Positions 50,310 to 63,277 of a DNA stretch of 64,000 nucleotides are shown in pieces. This DNA comes from Cenococcum geophilum (taxonomy: Eukaryota). The notes beneath the pieces are model-generated. The model did no database searches, was not told where the DNA came from, and saw only the letters and a list, made by a program, of their open reading frames with translations. Position 1 is the stretch's first letter, and every line of letters begins with the position of its first letter. The DNA lies in the NCBI GenBank assembly GCA_050273025.1, contig CP158635.1:28954001-29018000 (forward strand), written 5' to 3'. The position numbers and the translations under genes are program-made.

Positions 50310-52122
50310 CTAGTAACTACCTAGGCTGATATAGGGATTTTTATGCAACTCTGCTTCTAAGCCTTTATACCAGTCTATAATTAATTATAAGTATTATAGG
50401 CAATTTGGTATTCTAGTATAGTTCCGTAAAACCTTTAGTATAGGATTTAATATATAGAGCCTTAGCTTGCCGTCGTCTTTAACTACTAAAATATGGTCTA
50501 TAATCTTTTCTTATAATCCTTTTCTTATAATCCCCTACGTTACTAACGCATTGCTTCCATATTTGCCCTTAGGTTATTAGATGCGGTTAAGATATTAATT
50601 AGTTAGTTAAAGAGACTTATCTTTTAAGATTTGGTGCATGTGGTTTTAAATCTAGTAGTCCTGTGCTATATATTTGGCGTAGCTCTACTACCTAGCAAAT
50701 AGGGACATTTCGCGATAGCAATTATAGCTATTGTGCGATTGTTAAGAACGTCTATAACGTTGTTCTTTAATACTGTGGTATTATTTTAGGTCTAATTTAA
50801 CCTATATGCGTCTTTAATTTAACGTCTTAATTGCCTTCCCCCGGCCGCATAGTTAGTTTTTATAAGGAAGTGATGGTTAAATGACTTATATGCGTGTTTT
50901 CTTTCTTCTGAATAGCGCTATTGTAACGGAGTTATATTGGTAAGGTTGCGGTTATTTACCGGAAGGGTATTGGAAGGTAAAGTATAAAGACGCCTTGCTT
51001 ATTAAGCTGCTCCTTTTCTTAAACACCTTACTTCTTGCTATTAACCGTCATCCAATTTTGGACGTATCTTTGATATATTATTAAGATTTTCTTTTTTTTT
51101 ATTAATAATTTAATATGCCTCTTTGTTCTTCTGCTAACTGCTCTTTTAAGCAAATTCTATAGCGTATTTTAGCCCTACCTTTGTATATGGAACCCTAACC
51201 CCCGCTGACCCGTAACTAGTGCTAGTCCTACCTAAATGATTTTGCCTATACGTCTTTAAAAGACCAGAAATCTGATAATAGAATTCTGGAGGCTTATAAT
51301 AAGACGCACTGTGTTAAATCCAATACCTTTAGTCCTTGTGATCGATGCATGCGTACTAAGAGCGGTAGTTACGTTAAGGTAAGTTTTTCTATCCTTAATA
51401 GATTTCTATTGCTGACTTTAAGCTTTAATAATAGCCTGGGCCTAAGTGGCGACGTTCCTTTAATGTCCTTAACTACTATATCGCCTGGGCTCTCTCTTAT
51501 TCTAGTGTAAATGCTAAATAACTTAGCCAAATTTAAGACTATGCCACGGCTATCTATACTGCCTATAATTCCTAGCAAGCTAGCTAGTAACGCCTGATAT
51601 AAGAGTAAGGTTGGTATACTGAGGATAGGATAAGGGATAGGGGTAATAAGAAGAAGGTTGCCGTCTACTATAGGAAGGAGTTCGCGTATGCGCGTTAAGT
51701 TTCGAAAGAGTATAATATGATGCGGTATTAGGTAGGTTACCCTTCGGGTACCTAGCGGATAGGTAACTAACGGTTACTGTAGTAAGGTCTTGGTAGTTCT
51801 AGACTGTGCTAGCTAGCCAACGTCTCTATTTATTCTGGGCTTAAGCATGTCTTTATTAACTATAAGCTTACGCTATAAGAGCTTCGTTAGTATTGGTTTG
51901 GACCTAATATTAGTGTTAAGCGTTTAAGAGTCTCTGCTCTAGCTATACCTTATTGTCCTACCCCTATTTTTATGCCTACTTATACGCCTACTAAGGCATC
52001 TAGATCCCATTCTCGTTAGCTATTACTTAGTGGCCTAATGGATACTAATCCTACTCCTAATAATGATAGGGCGTAGTGGCTTTTTAGATTGGGTATTTGT
52101 GGTTTGGACTTTTGGGATTCAT
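50310..52122 (-). pseudogene. Candidate additional ORF downstream of pol in element F
   Basis: ATG at ~52122, then a frame whose stops are TAA/TAG at positions that read well as Gln/Trp (*DNKV*LEQRLLNA*H*Y*VQTNTNEALIA*; ANMEAMR**RRGL*EKDYKKRL*TIF**L). Frame continuity through the middle is not established. Confidence 0.5.
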
Positions 52123-52399
52123 TCTTATATATAGTAGTAATTAAGGACCTTGATTAGGTGCTTAGGAAGGCCTTAGAAGGTTTTTAAGAAGGGCTTAGGA
52201 GCCCTAGGAACAATGTTCCTGGTATAGATTAATAAATAGGAATATAATTCTAGCAAAATGCTCTATTAACTTTATACTATGTACGTGAAAAGGCTAAGGA
52301 CCTATCCTGCCTTGGGCTATATAGCCCTAATCCTTATGGTTTCCGGAGCTTGTCCGTTCTATATCCGATTTAACCTATTTACTCTTTTCGTAAGCTTTC

Positions 52400-55300
52400 T
52401 TTATAGGTCGCGATGACACCGTAGTATTAGAGTGCTTTTTGCGATTTATAGATTGTGGACCTTAGTCCTAATATTCTTTTAGAATATCTTTGTAATAATT
52501 AAGGTGATCCTCTGGTTCCTATATAGAGTCCTTAGCGGGCTAGCCTAGCTATTTAACTTTAAATTGAAGCTTGTTCTTAATAGACTTATGGCATAGTATA
52601 GCTTTAACTTTGTACCGCTCGCCCACTACCTTAGGGTGTTTAATTAGGCCTGGACGGAAGTTCTTTTCTAGTAGTGGTCTATGCTATAGCTTTAGTAGGT
52701 TTATGTGAAACACTAGATGCATATAGGCTATAGATAGGGGTAGCTAGAGATAATAGGCTAGCTTACTAATTTATTCCTTGACTTAAAAGGGACCTAGGTA
52801 TCTTGCATTAAGCTTCTTTAATAGTTAACGGGTTTTAATATTTGTTGAATATAATAGAACCTCATTGCCTACTCTAAAATGCTTGTTCTGGTGCTTGCGG
52901 TTATACTAAAGTCTCTGCTACTTTTAGGCATCTTGTAGGCTCTGCTTTGTATACTTTTATTACTCCTTCTATTTCTAGAGGTATCCTTATACTCTTTAGT
53001 GGATATCCTTGGACTTTCTGGTAGGATCCTATAACTAATTATGCGGCTTTAGCCAGTGATTGTTGGGTATACTATTAAACCCAAATAGTTAGACGCTATA
53101 GGTAATCTGGATTGGTGCATACTTATATAATATATATTACTTTAAATTATAAGCGTACTCCGCGTATAGAAGTAGCTTATACTAGTTGTCTTGCTAGTAG
53201 TTTAAATATATCCGTAGGTAAGACTCTAGTTCCTGGTTCTAGCGTTCCGTTTACCTATCCGTTTATAGGTGGAAAGCTATACTATAATAGTAGTCTATCT
53301 TTAAATGGAAGTATAGATCTAACTAGTACTAGCTTATAAAGACGCTGCCCCTATTAGTGATAATAGAGTGTGGCTGATCTACCTTAAGAAAGCATTTCTC
53401 CTTAATTAGGTTGGCGAGCTCTTATGTATTAATTGTCTTGTTAACGGGAAGGTATTAGACGTACTTTAAAAACCTATTAATAAGTACAAGGACCGAATTA
53501 TATGTTTGTCCTTGGCCATCTTTAGATGGCGGGAGATCTATAATAAAGTCTATGGCGTAATGTCGCTATAGCTTACTGGCGGGGGGAACTAATTTAAGTA
53601 GACCCTATAGCTTGTGCCTGTGGATCTTATATACTTAACACTTCTCGTAATAGCTAATATACTCCTTTATTTCCTAATTAAGCTTTAGCTAATAGTATTT
53701 GCGCTAAAGTAATTCCACTATTTTTACTTGACTATAGTGGCCGCCTAGGGGATTATTGTAATTCTTTATAAGAATCTTCTGTTATAGATTTGCTTTTTAT
53801 AGTACCCAAACCTTACTACCTTTACGTAGTAGGCCTATTGGGTTTAGTTCTTAATAGTAGCGCCTAGCAGCTTCCTTTCTGTTACGTTTCCGGTCTACTT
53901 TTATATTAAGAATAGTATAGGAAGCGTCCCTCCGTTACACCTTATAGATGAGATCCGTTAACCTTTTAAATAATTCCTAGGTAAAAGCTGTTTTATTCTA
54001 TACTGCTCTAAGTATAAAACTAGATGGTACTATGGATCTTGCAACTCTTTAATATGCGTGCGTTAGGAAGGCCGCTATAAGGTTAAAGTCCTTTAGTTAT
54101 TACAGGGCTCTAAGTTCTAATTACTTTATGGCTTTGCTATTAGTTTAAGGGGATAGCTTAGTAATTAAGGATGGTGTATTACTAGGTTCCAAGAATATAT
54201 TGGGGATGTCCTGTTTAGGTATATTCGGACCCTTATTGGTAATGGACCGGGTACTAGCTAGAATGTTAGTGGAAACCAATAGGGCTTACACCGCCTGAGA
54301 CTTAGTGTATAGAGCTGTGGGTACTTAAGCATCTTATACCTGGAGCTTGTTCTATAATATAGGGAGTAAGATATTTATTATCTGTTTTCCTTCTCCCGTT
54401 TTAAAGCCTTTGGTATAGTCTGGCCGTCGTAATGGTTTATTAGTAGGGTTGTTTTCCCCTAGCTTATATTTAATCTTAAAATTAAATTACGTAAGCTCCT
54501 CTGCCTATCTAGCTTATTAAGGTATAAGCTCCTTTATAGTTATAAAGTAGCGTAGATTATAGTGATCTAAGAGTATACAAGTGGTATAGCTCGCGTGCTT
54601 AAGGTAATATCGCCACTGTTTAAAGTAGTTAACTATAGCTAGTAGTTCCTTATCGTGGGTATAATACCTAACTTTAGGTCTCTGGAATTTTCTGCTATAA
54701 AATATTACTGGTCTTTAATGGAGCTGGGTAGCGTCTAGATGCCTATTAGGTTATAGTAGGATACTAGCGAGGGCAAAATTCGATGCATTAGTTATTATTA
54801 TTAATGGCTAATCTAGGTTGAAATGCCGTAGTAATAGAGCTTTCGTAAACTTTACGCGAAGTTTTTAAAAGGCCTCCTAAACCTTTCTAGGCCATAACTA
54901 TGGCTTATACTATTTGGTTAATCCCTTCTTAGTTTTCTTTCTTACCGCCTTTAAGCTTTTTGCTCCTTAGGTTAGGTCTTAGAAAGCTTCCGTAATATAG
55001 TTAGATAGGTATTAGGCGATGTCCAAGTAGTTATAGATAAAGCGCCTATAGAAATTGGCAAAGCCTAGGAATACTTAAACATCCTAGTAGCTCTCTGGCT
55101 CCGGCTACTCCTAGATTATTTACACCCGTACTAGGTCCATAACTACACCTATAGGCGTTATAATGTAACCTAGGAACTTAACCTACTTAGTATTAAAGAT
55201 ATACTTTAACGCTTTGGCGTAGAGGCCCTAATTATCTAAACGTTCCAGTACTTCGCGGACGTATTACTTGTGTTAATCCTTATCTTCTAAGTAAATTAAG

Positions 55301-58300
55301 ATGTTATCTAAATAGATAACGTATATGCGGTTAACTAGTCCCCCTAAGGCTCTATAAATGTACAATTAGAATATTATAGGCGCATTAGCTAACCCGAAAG
55401 GCATCACTAGATACTTAAAGTGGCCGTATTAGGTCTTAAAAGCGGTCTTTTACTTATCCCCTTTTTTAATACGGAGCCTATAATAGGCGTCTCGTAGATC
55501 TAACTTTATAAAGATCTTTGCCCTAGATAGTCGATCTAGTATTTCACTAACTAGTAGTAGTAGGTAACGGTTCTTAATTATAATCTTATTAAGACTGCGA
55601 TAGTTTACGTATAGCCTTATGGTTCTATCTAGTTTTGGGACGAAGAGGATTGGCGCGCCTAACGGTAACTTACTAGGCCGGATCCATCCCTTTTCTAGTA
55701 AGCTATTAAGGTACTCCTATAGGATCTTAAGCTCTTTACGCGAGAGGTTATAGATAGGAAAGTTTAGTAGTTATTTGCCTTCTTCTAAATTAATTACGTA
55801 ATTATACTCTAAGTTCTGTAGTAGGACTTTAGCTCTCCTACCCGAAAATACCCTTAGTAAGTCCCTTAGGCCTACTAGAATATTTAACAAATTAGGGTCG
55901 CGTTTATCCTCTATATTATTATTAGGTAGGTCCCGGAGCTCCCTTAGAATGCTCGCGGGCAGTATTATACGCTATAGTGGTTGCTTATATATAGTTGCCA
56001 CCATACGTTAAATCGTTTTATACGGTAGCTAATAAAGGGTAGGGAACTCCTTAACGTAGCGTTTAAGGTACTATAGTATACTCTCCGTATATTGCTTAAG
56101 CCAGAGTAACTTATGGCGGTTAAAGTATCTTATAAGATCCTTAAGATCGCCGCCTCCCTATAATGTCTCCGCGACCTATCCAGTAGTTCCCCATAGGGTC
56201 TCTATTATAGAGGGGTTGTTACCTATACTAAGCTCTATACCTATCTTGCTATTAAATAGGGGTTGGATTTGATACTCCTTTAGGTGTAGAGTGTATACTA
56301 TTTTACCTGGGGCTATATTCTCTAGAATATCCTTTAGGCTTATTAGTAATATACGCCCTTCCAAATCTTTATTATTCCACTATTTAAAGGCTCCTGTTTT
56401 AAAGCGTATCTTAAGATCTGCTTTCGCAAGCTAAGGGTATTTAAGGATAAGGTCGTAACCTACGAAGTCAGCCACCTAGAAGGGTTGCGGGCCGACCGCC
56501 TTAGTGCGGTTGTATATATCGGCCACTAATACTATAAGCTTATAGGCACTATATAGCTTGATTTAATGCTTATTTAGAAAGCCTATAATAGGTTTCTGCT
56601 ACCTTTACAATAGGATAAGTTTATGCTCTTTTACTAAATTATATTATATAAGATTAATTTCAGCGCCGCTGTTATATAGTGCTTAGAACTATTATACCTT
56701 ACCTATAGGGAGTGTTATTTCCAGCTTAATAGCAATATGGAGAGTCTCTCCTTCTATATCTTGCCCTAGTTATAGCTAGGAGAGGTCTATAACTAGAGCT
56801 TTTCTTTTTTTAGATTATTAGTGCGGTTATTACTCTACTTGTTTTTCTAATAAGATCTACCTCTGGAGTTTTCTCTTAACTTTTTAGAGTATTTCTATAA
56901 AGGTACTAAACGGGTATCGGGTTAGCCCTAGGAGTCTTTTCTATTATTTAAGGTTCCTAACTTTAACCCTTTTAAAGTTTTCTTTAAGAACGGCTTCTTT
57001 AAAGGTTGGGTCTGCCCTATATTACTATTAGAGTGCCCGCGCTTCTAGTAACCCCCTAGCTTCCTACTAAAAGAGGTCTGGTTTCTTACCGCGTCTTTAG
57101 CGTTTAGAACTGCTCGTTCGAAATCCGCATATATAGTGATCTATAATAGGGCTCCCACGCACTTTATTTTATTACGAATTGCTAGCTTAATTCTAGCCTA
57201 GATAAACCCAATCTTCTCCTTCTTATAGATGCTACCGTTCTTGTTTTTAAAGGGCTCTAGATTTATCTATTAAGTATAAGTTTCTATAAAGTTTATAAAC
57301 TAGCGGAAGTTATAGCGGTCTAGCTATATCCTATTCCAAAATAGCTTTGTATTATTATATTATATAATATATGGATCTTAAGTCTATTTCTTTAGGAAGG
57401 TTTATAGCTATAACTATGTAGTAATTTGCTCTTTATTAAGCTAATTAAGTATAATCTAGTTTAGCGATCGGTCTTTAATCTTGCTAATAATCTAGCATAT
57501 ACGCTCTTTGGTATTATCTTGTATTATTAGCATTTTAAAGAAGTTGTTTACCTTATAAACCTAATTGTCTAACTGTTAGGCGTTAGGTCTATGGCGGAGT
57601 TCTAAACTACTAGAGGCCTTAGCTAGTTAGTCTATATCCTTTTTCTGTTTATAGCGTAGATAACTCTCTAAGTCTTCTATACCTTTTTAGGTAGGTATTA
57701 GGTAGCTCCTAGAAAGCCCTTAGCCTTAACTAGGTTATAAAAGAATTTGCCTAGCTTAGATTAGACCCTACTAGATCTAAATTTGCCCTTAAAGGGTTCT
57801 AATATATTTATTAGTAGCTTCCTCCCGCATAGCTTTTAAGAGCCTTGCGACAGCTTCCTAATATCTATCTTAAAGGAGATTGGTATAGGGCTCTTAACCT
57901 TTTAAATTTAGGCCTGGGGAGGCTCCTGCTATAGAGGTAGTATTAGTACTAGTAGCTAGTATAGGCTTCCTAACGAGGCTCGGGTCCTAAGTTAGTGATT
58001 AGCTTAGATTACCTAAAGGGGTAGGCCCGCTTAGCTTGTAAGCAGTCTATGCACCGCCACTATACTAATTATAGGCCGGTGGTCTTCCGGGAGGGTTCTA
58101 GTTAGTTCCCTAGTCGGACGCGTTAGTATATTCCTCTAGCATTTCTAGCTTAGGGGAAGATCTTAAAGTCGCCTCTGGCGCTTAATCTTCTAATTGGCTT
58201 AGGTGGGGCAAGAGGGGTTCCGGTTGCTTTCTGGTAGTGTTATAACTGTTATAGAGAGTATCTGCGTTTTCCTTAGTGGTAACTGTAGGTATGTGAGAGT

Positions 58301-58480
58301 CTTTAAGCTCCTGGAGCATCTGGGTATTAGGGCTCGTTCGGCCGTCTTGCCTAGAGGGTTATATTGTCGCAATTTCTCGCTATTAGAGGGACCTTCCTAC
58401 CTTTACGCGACGGCTTTCCATAAGGTATCCGTAGAGTTTCCGTTTAGGTTATCGCGAGATTTTTAAGGGAGGATAGTGGT
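52400..58480 (-). pseudogene. gag-pol of element F with chromodomain, RIP stops
   Basis: LYNSGAEINLI protease motif (~56650-56680); KNRYLLLLVSEILDRL and VIYLDNILI in RT; ITNASNFALAS in RNase H; HY**GQRL in integrase; chromodomain YKVKAILCHKSIKNKLQFKVK*LG* (~52540-52620). Ends approximate. Confidence 0.9.
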
Positions 58481-58856
58481 TATTAATAAAAGATGTAAAT
58501 AAACAATCTAGTCCTTAAAGCCGACTACCCTTCTAAAAAAGAGTAGGAAGGATTTAAATGTAAGGGGATCTTGTAGATAGGGGGCTATAAAGACACGATT
58601 GGAATAGGATAGATTAGTGAAAGAGACGAATCCTTAAGGAGGTAAGGCCTCTAGGATCGTGGAGACTATATACTACGGGCATGTGCCTCCAGCACGTAAC
58701 CGGCGACTATTTAAGGGGCGTCCGGGGGTTGTCCTAAGGGCAACCCGAGGTGTCCGCAATAATATCCCTTATAATTAGCCTAGATACTATGTCTAAGAGC
58801 TAAGCAAGCCTTAAGGTATCTAGTCTTAGATAAATACTTAACGTTAAGCATTTCTC

Positions 58857-59050
58857 TAAGCGATTTACTAGTTATAGAGTCTTTATCTAATACCTAAAGT
58901 CCTTTACTAGACGGCTCCTTAGTATTAAGCACTCCTTAAAGCAAGTCACTAGTTATAGAGCCTTTGTTTAATGCCTAAAGCCCTTTACTAAACGACTCTT
59001 TAGTATTGAGCACTCCTTAAAGCAAGTCATTAGTTATAGAGCCTTTGCTA
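58857..59050. repeat. 81-bp tandem repeat (~2.4 copies), probably coding, in the sequence interrupted by F
   Basis: (C/T)TAGTTATAGAG recurs at ~58868, ~58949 and ~59030; the period is divisible by 3. Confidence 0.75.
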
Positions 59051-60683
59051 GACAAAGCCCTCTTACTAAATATTAACCTTTAGTGCTTACTAAATATAAA
59101 GGAGGAGTAGCTTTATATTCCTAATAGTATTAAAGCCAACTACTTAGAATAGACTAAGGATTTAACTTATCTCTTCTAAGTAACTAAAACTAAAGAAAAA
59201 TTAAACGCTGACATTAGCCGTCTCTTAAGTGCGCGATATAATGCTATCGTCCTATTGGCGAAGAATGTTATTATTAACAGAATCCGCTAGAGATTCTTAA
59301 TGCTGTTTTATTACTAGTTATATTAACTACTACTAAACTATACTATGCTAACTAGGCTTATCTGTAATGCTACTAGGGCTAATAGGGAAGAGGTACGGGA
59401 AAATATAACAAATTAGGTTGTAGCTAGGGGGAAGTTTAATAATCTAAAAGTTCCTTTAGGTGGTTATAGGTTCCTACTTCTACTTCTAGAATTAATTAGC
59501 AATAATATGTAAGTCTCTAAAAGTGTAAAAATGTTAAAAAAACTAAAAAATCTAGGTAGGCCCGCTTGCCAAATAATAGTCCTAAGCTTAAGGCGGCAGT
59601 CTTAATTTTTATAACCTTAAAAATTAAGGATAAAGTGGAATCTGCAAAAGCGAATAAGCTTAGTATACGAATTTGCGATAGCTTACTACAACTATTTAAA
59701 CCTGCTTTAGTTTATTCCGCTTAGCTAATTTAGAATATAAAAACTCCTACGCTTAAGCGGCCCTTATATCTAAAGGTATACCTAGGGTTCTATAAAAAGG
59801 TCCGTTCTATTACCTACTCTGCTGCTTTAATAAGTATCTAAGACGTAGGTCCGGCAGCGCAGTGGATTACGTTTAGCGATTAAAGCTAACTAAGGAGTTA
59901 TGTCCTAACGCTAGAGCCAGGCTTTATCCCAGGCGTAAGTGGACAGTTATTATACTAGGTTAAGAGGCGGGACTAATTACCTATCCGTTAGTCCTCTTTC
60001 TAGTCTATATTTTAAGGTCGCTAACTAGTATTATAGAGGGAAACGTATTAAGTGTACCGGGGATTCCTTAGCCAATCGAATTATGCGCCTGCTTAGGCCC
60101 TACCGGACTTAAAGTAAATAATTTATTAGGAGGCGTGTTTTACTAAGGAATGAATATAAATTAGAATTACCTATTAAATCGGGGAATTTATAATAGGGGG
60201 GGATTAGATGCACTTGTAGCCGTTATAGGTTGTTAGGTAGAGAGTATGTAGATATATAAGAGTAGAGCTATGCTTTTAAATAGCAGAATCTCTAATTTAT
60301 TATAGGCCATGGAATATCTTCTCTATAATTAGTTGGACAATATCCTTAAGCCTTTAAGCTAGTGTGCGAATCCCTTATAATCCCCCCTGGTTAAGAACAC
60401 CTGTTATAAGATTTCCCCCCGCCTTTTAATACCCGCGGTAACCTTGCGCAAATTTCGCCAGCAAGTAGCGACAGCGAGAAATAAGTTTTACTGCTCTGCG
60501 ATGGGCATATGAGGGTCGCACCACTACCAACATGCCACTAGCAAGCGGCGATAACATGGAGACGAGCTTTGATGATCTGGAATGGGGATACGAGGCTAAT
60601 ACCGCCATTAACATTCCGCTAGAAAGCAACGACAGCGAGGAGACGAGGTTTGATGCTCTGCAATGGGTATATGAGGGTTACAC

Positions 60684-63277
60684 TGTCAGAATTAAGCGAG
60701 AGATGCTGACTAAGCTCTGGACACATTGCGAGGACGAAGTCCGCATGCAATCTATATAGACATCAACCGCATCTACTGCATCACGAATCAATCAATATTC
60801 ATCGTCTGCGTCATCTCTATCATCAATTAGACCCTCAAGATACCTCCGCTGTGACCTTGTAATTCCAACAGGTTATAAGCCCGGGTAGCAACACCTCTCC
60901 TGACTTGAAAATCGACCCCTAAAATAACCTCCTCTACCTTAACCTTAACGACACCTACGTACGATCACAAGGCCGGTAAAATCGTTATTTTCAATGGAGA
61001 CAACTTTGCAGACTGGGAGCGCACCTACGAGGCAGCTCTGATCATGTCAGAGGGCTGGGATTTTATTACTGGTGCAGAGGACCCAAATCGAGTCAATTCA
61101 GCTGACGGAAGAAGAAGACGAGGGGAAGCAAACAAGATCATCTACAATTCGATAGGAGACGACCGTCAGGAAGAGATGCGTGCGATGATGAAGGCGTACG
61201 ATATTTAGGGAATGTGGGAAGGAATGAAGAAGTTCAATAAGGCTAATGACGAGGTCTATACCTCTAGACTTCGCAGGGAGTTCTATAGCACTATATTCGA
61301 CCCTACGAAGATGCGAATCGCCGAGTTTATGCATATACTGAATCGATTCAAGATCAATCTAGCTTCGATACCTCGAGCACTTACCAACGACGATATTAAA
61401 GAGCAACTCCTTCTAGCCCTACCAAGCGATGTCATGTGGCAGAATGCGAAGACCTGGTGTCTACGAGACAAACGAGACCTTGAGAGTTGCATTACCCTTC
61501 TTTAGGAGCATGAGACTGCTCGCCCTATACAGGTACAAAATGCAGCACTTGCACAAGAAAGGAAAGACGAACCTAGGGGGAGAAAGGGAAACCAAGGTCG
61601 AACAAGGGGCAGAGGTCGTAGTAGATTCGATTATTCCTTATCACGTTATCGCCATAGCTCGTCGTCTTGAGTAGGTAAGAGCTACAGCTATAGTAAGGAG
61701 CTAAGGCCACCAGAGAAAGACGAGTGTAGAGTATGCTATCAGGAAGGCCACTACTAGGAAGACTGTCCCCTGCTCAGACAATTCCGATTTGACAACGCTA
61801 AGAAGAAAGATTAAGATTAAGGTGCTTCTAAGGCAGAGGAAGTAGGGAATGTAGCAATAGCTGAGGAAGAATTCGATAGCGATTTAATCTACCCCTGACC
61901 CTGAACGTGCTATGCTTACTACGAGTATAGGTTCCCTTATAGAGCACGTCAGGTGCTAGCTATAAGCCAAGCTATGAGACAGTGATCGAGCGGGACGCTT
62001 AGATCAAGATCAAGCGGGACGCTTAAATTAAGCCGCGAACTGACCTAGACCTCCCCCTACTACCTTAAACGCCGACAGAGACTCTAGTTGCGAGAACTGC
62101 GAGTAGGCAAGACGGTGATTGAGTGGGCCGCTTAGATCGAGCGGGATGCTTAGATTAAGTGGGAAGCCTAGGTCAAGACCAAGTGCCGATAGAGACTCCA
62201 GTAGCGGGAACTACGAGTAGGCTAGATGGTGACTGAGTGGGCCGCTTAAACCGAGTGGGAAGCCCAGGTCAAGACCGAGTGGGCCGCTTAAATTAAGTGG
62301 GAAGCCCAGGTCAAGATTAAGTGGGACGCTTGAATCTGCAAGGTGATGCTAAGGGTGGGACGCCTGTACTGAAGAGAATGCACACCTATACTATTATGGG
62401 GGAGAGTACTAGAAGGAAGGTCGTTACTCCCGAGTAAGCTAGTTTTAAAGCATAAGTACAACGCCAAGGGAGAAGTAATTCGCAAGAAGGCAAGACTATG
62501 CATTTGGGGAGATAAGCAGACCCCCGATATTACGAAGACAAGAATTTTAAGAGAATGGAGATGCAAAGACCTAGGACCTGTAGAGGTATTCGTAGGCTTC
62601 TAAATCAATTAAGATTATAACTGTAATCCGCCCCCTTGATTATACGCTATGGGGGAGCCGTGATTTGGATGGCTTAAAGGCAGAAGTTGACGGCATTGAG
62701 TTTAATGGAAGTAGAGATTATGGCAGCGTCAGAAGGAGTAAGGTCAGCAGTATGGCTTGAGAAGCTGACGAGAGACCTGGGGGAGAGAGACGACGACAAC
62801 CCTTTTATCCCTACGCTCTACTGCGACAATAAGGGTACGGTCGACCTTTTGTACGAAACGACATGGTTTAGCGAGGTCGACTTAAAGTGCTACCGATTGA
62901 CCAATTTACGAAGCACTGTGTAACGCTAGGAATCGGTAACTGACGGAGCAAGTGATAGAGGTTTTTCGCCTACTAGGTTTTCCCTCCGTATGTAGGCCAA
63001 ATGGCACTTATAAGGTATTTGGGAATAGCTTTATAATTGCCTATTTAGGACAGACGAGGAGAGCGTCGTCAGTATGGGGGAGTGTCAGAATTAAGCGAGA
63101 GATGCTGACTAAGCCCTGGACACATTGCGAGGACGAAGTCCGCATGCAATCTATATAGACATTAACCGCATCTACTGCATCACGAATCAATCAATATTCA
63201 TCGTCTGCGTCATCTCTATCATCAATTAGACCCTCAAGATACCTCCGCTGTGACCCCATGACCTTGTAATTCCAATA
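60684..63277 (+). mobile_element. Ty1/Copia element G, internally deleted, 5-bp TSD TACAC
   Basis: LTRs at 60684-60870 and 63083-63277. TSD at 60679-60683 and 63278-63282. PBS-position GGTTATAAGCCC (fungal Copia GGTTATGAGCCC type); PPT ATGGGGGAG. Gag with CRVCYQEGHY*EDCP; RT piece KHKYNAKGEVIRKKARLCIWG; RNase H piece TALSLMEVEIMAASE...LYCDNKG. Confidence 0.95.
61985..62332 (+). repeat. Irregular short tandem repeats (GAGTGGGACGCTTAGATC / GGGAAGCCCAGGTCAAGA) inside Copia G
   Basis: More than 10 degenerate units visible between gag and the RT fragment. Confidence 0.8.

Larger units (their letters stand above)
49855..58773 (-). mobile_element. Chromovirus-type Gypsy element F, both LTRs present, 5-bp TSD ATTAG
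   Basis: 215-bp LTRs at 49855-50069 and 58559-58773. TSD at 49850-49854 and 58774-58778. PPT (minus) AAGAAGGGGGGGG at ~50073-50085. Confidence 0.96.

Noticed and set aside
51191..51203. AACCCTAACCC telomere-like motif
   Set aside because: Fewer than two full repeats, inside a retroelement; chance occurrence.
60532..60759. 75-aa ORF as an intact gene
   Set aside because: Read-through fusion of the host repeat protein into the Copia LTR at 60684.
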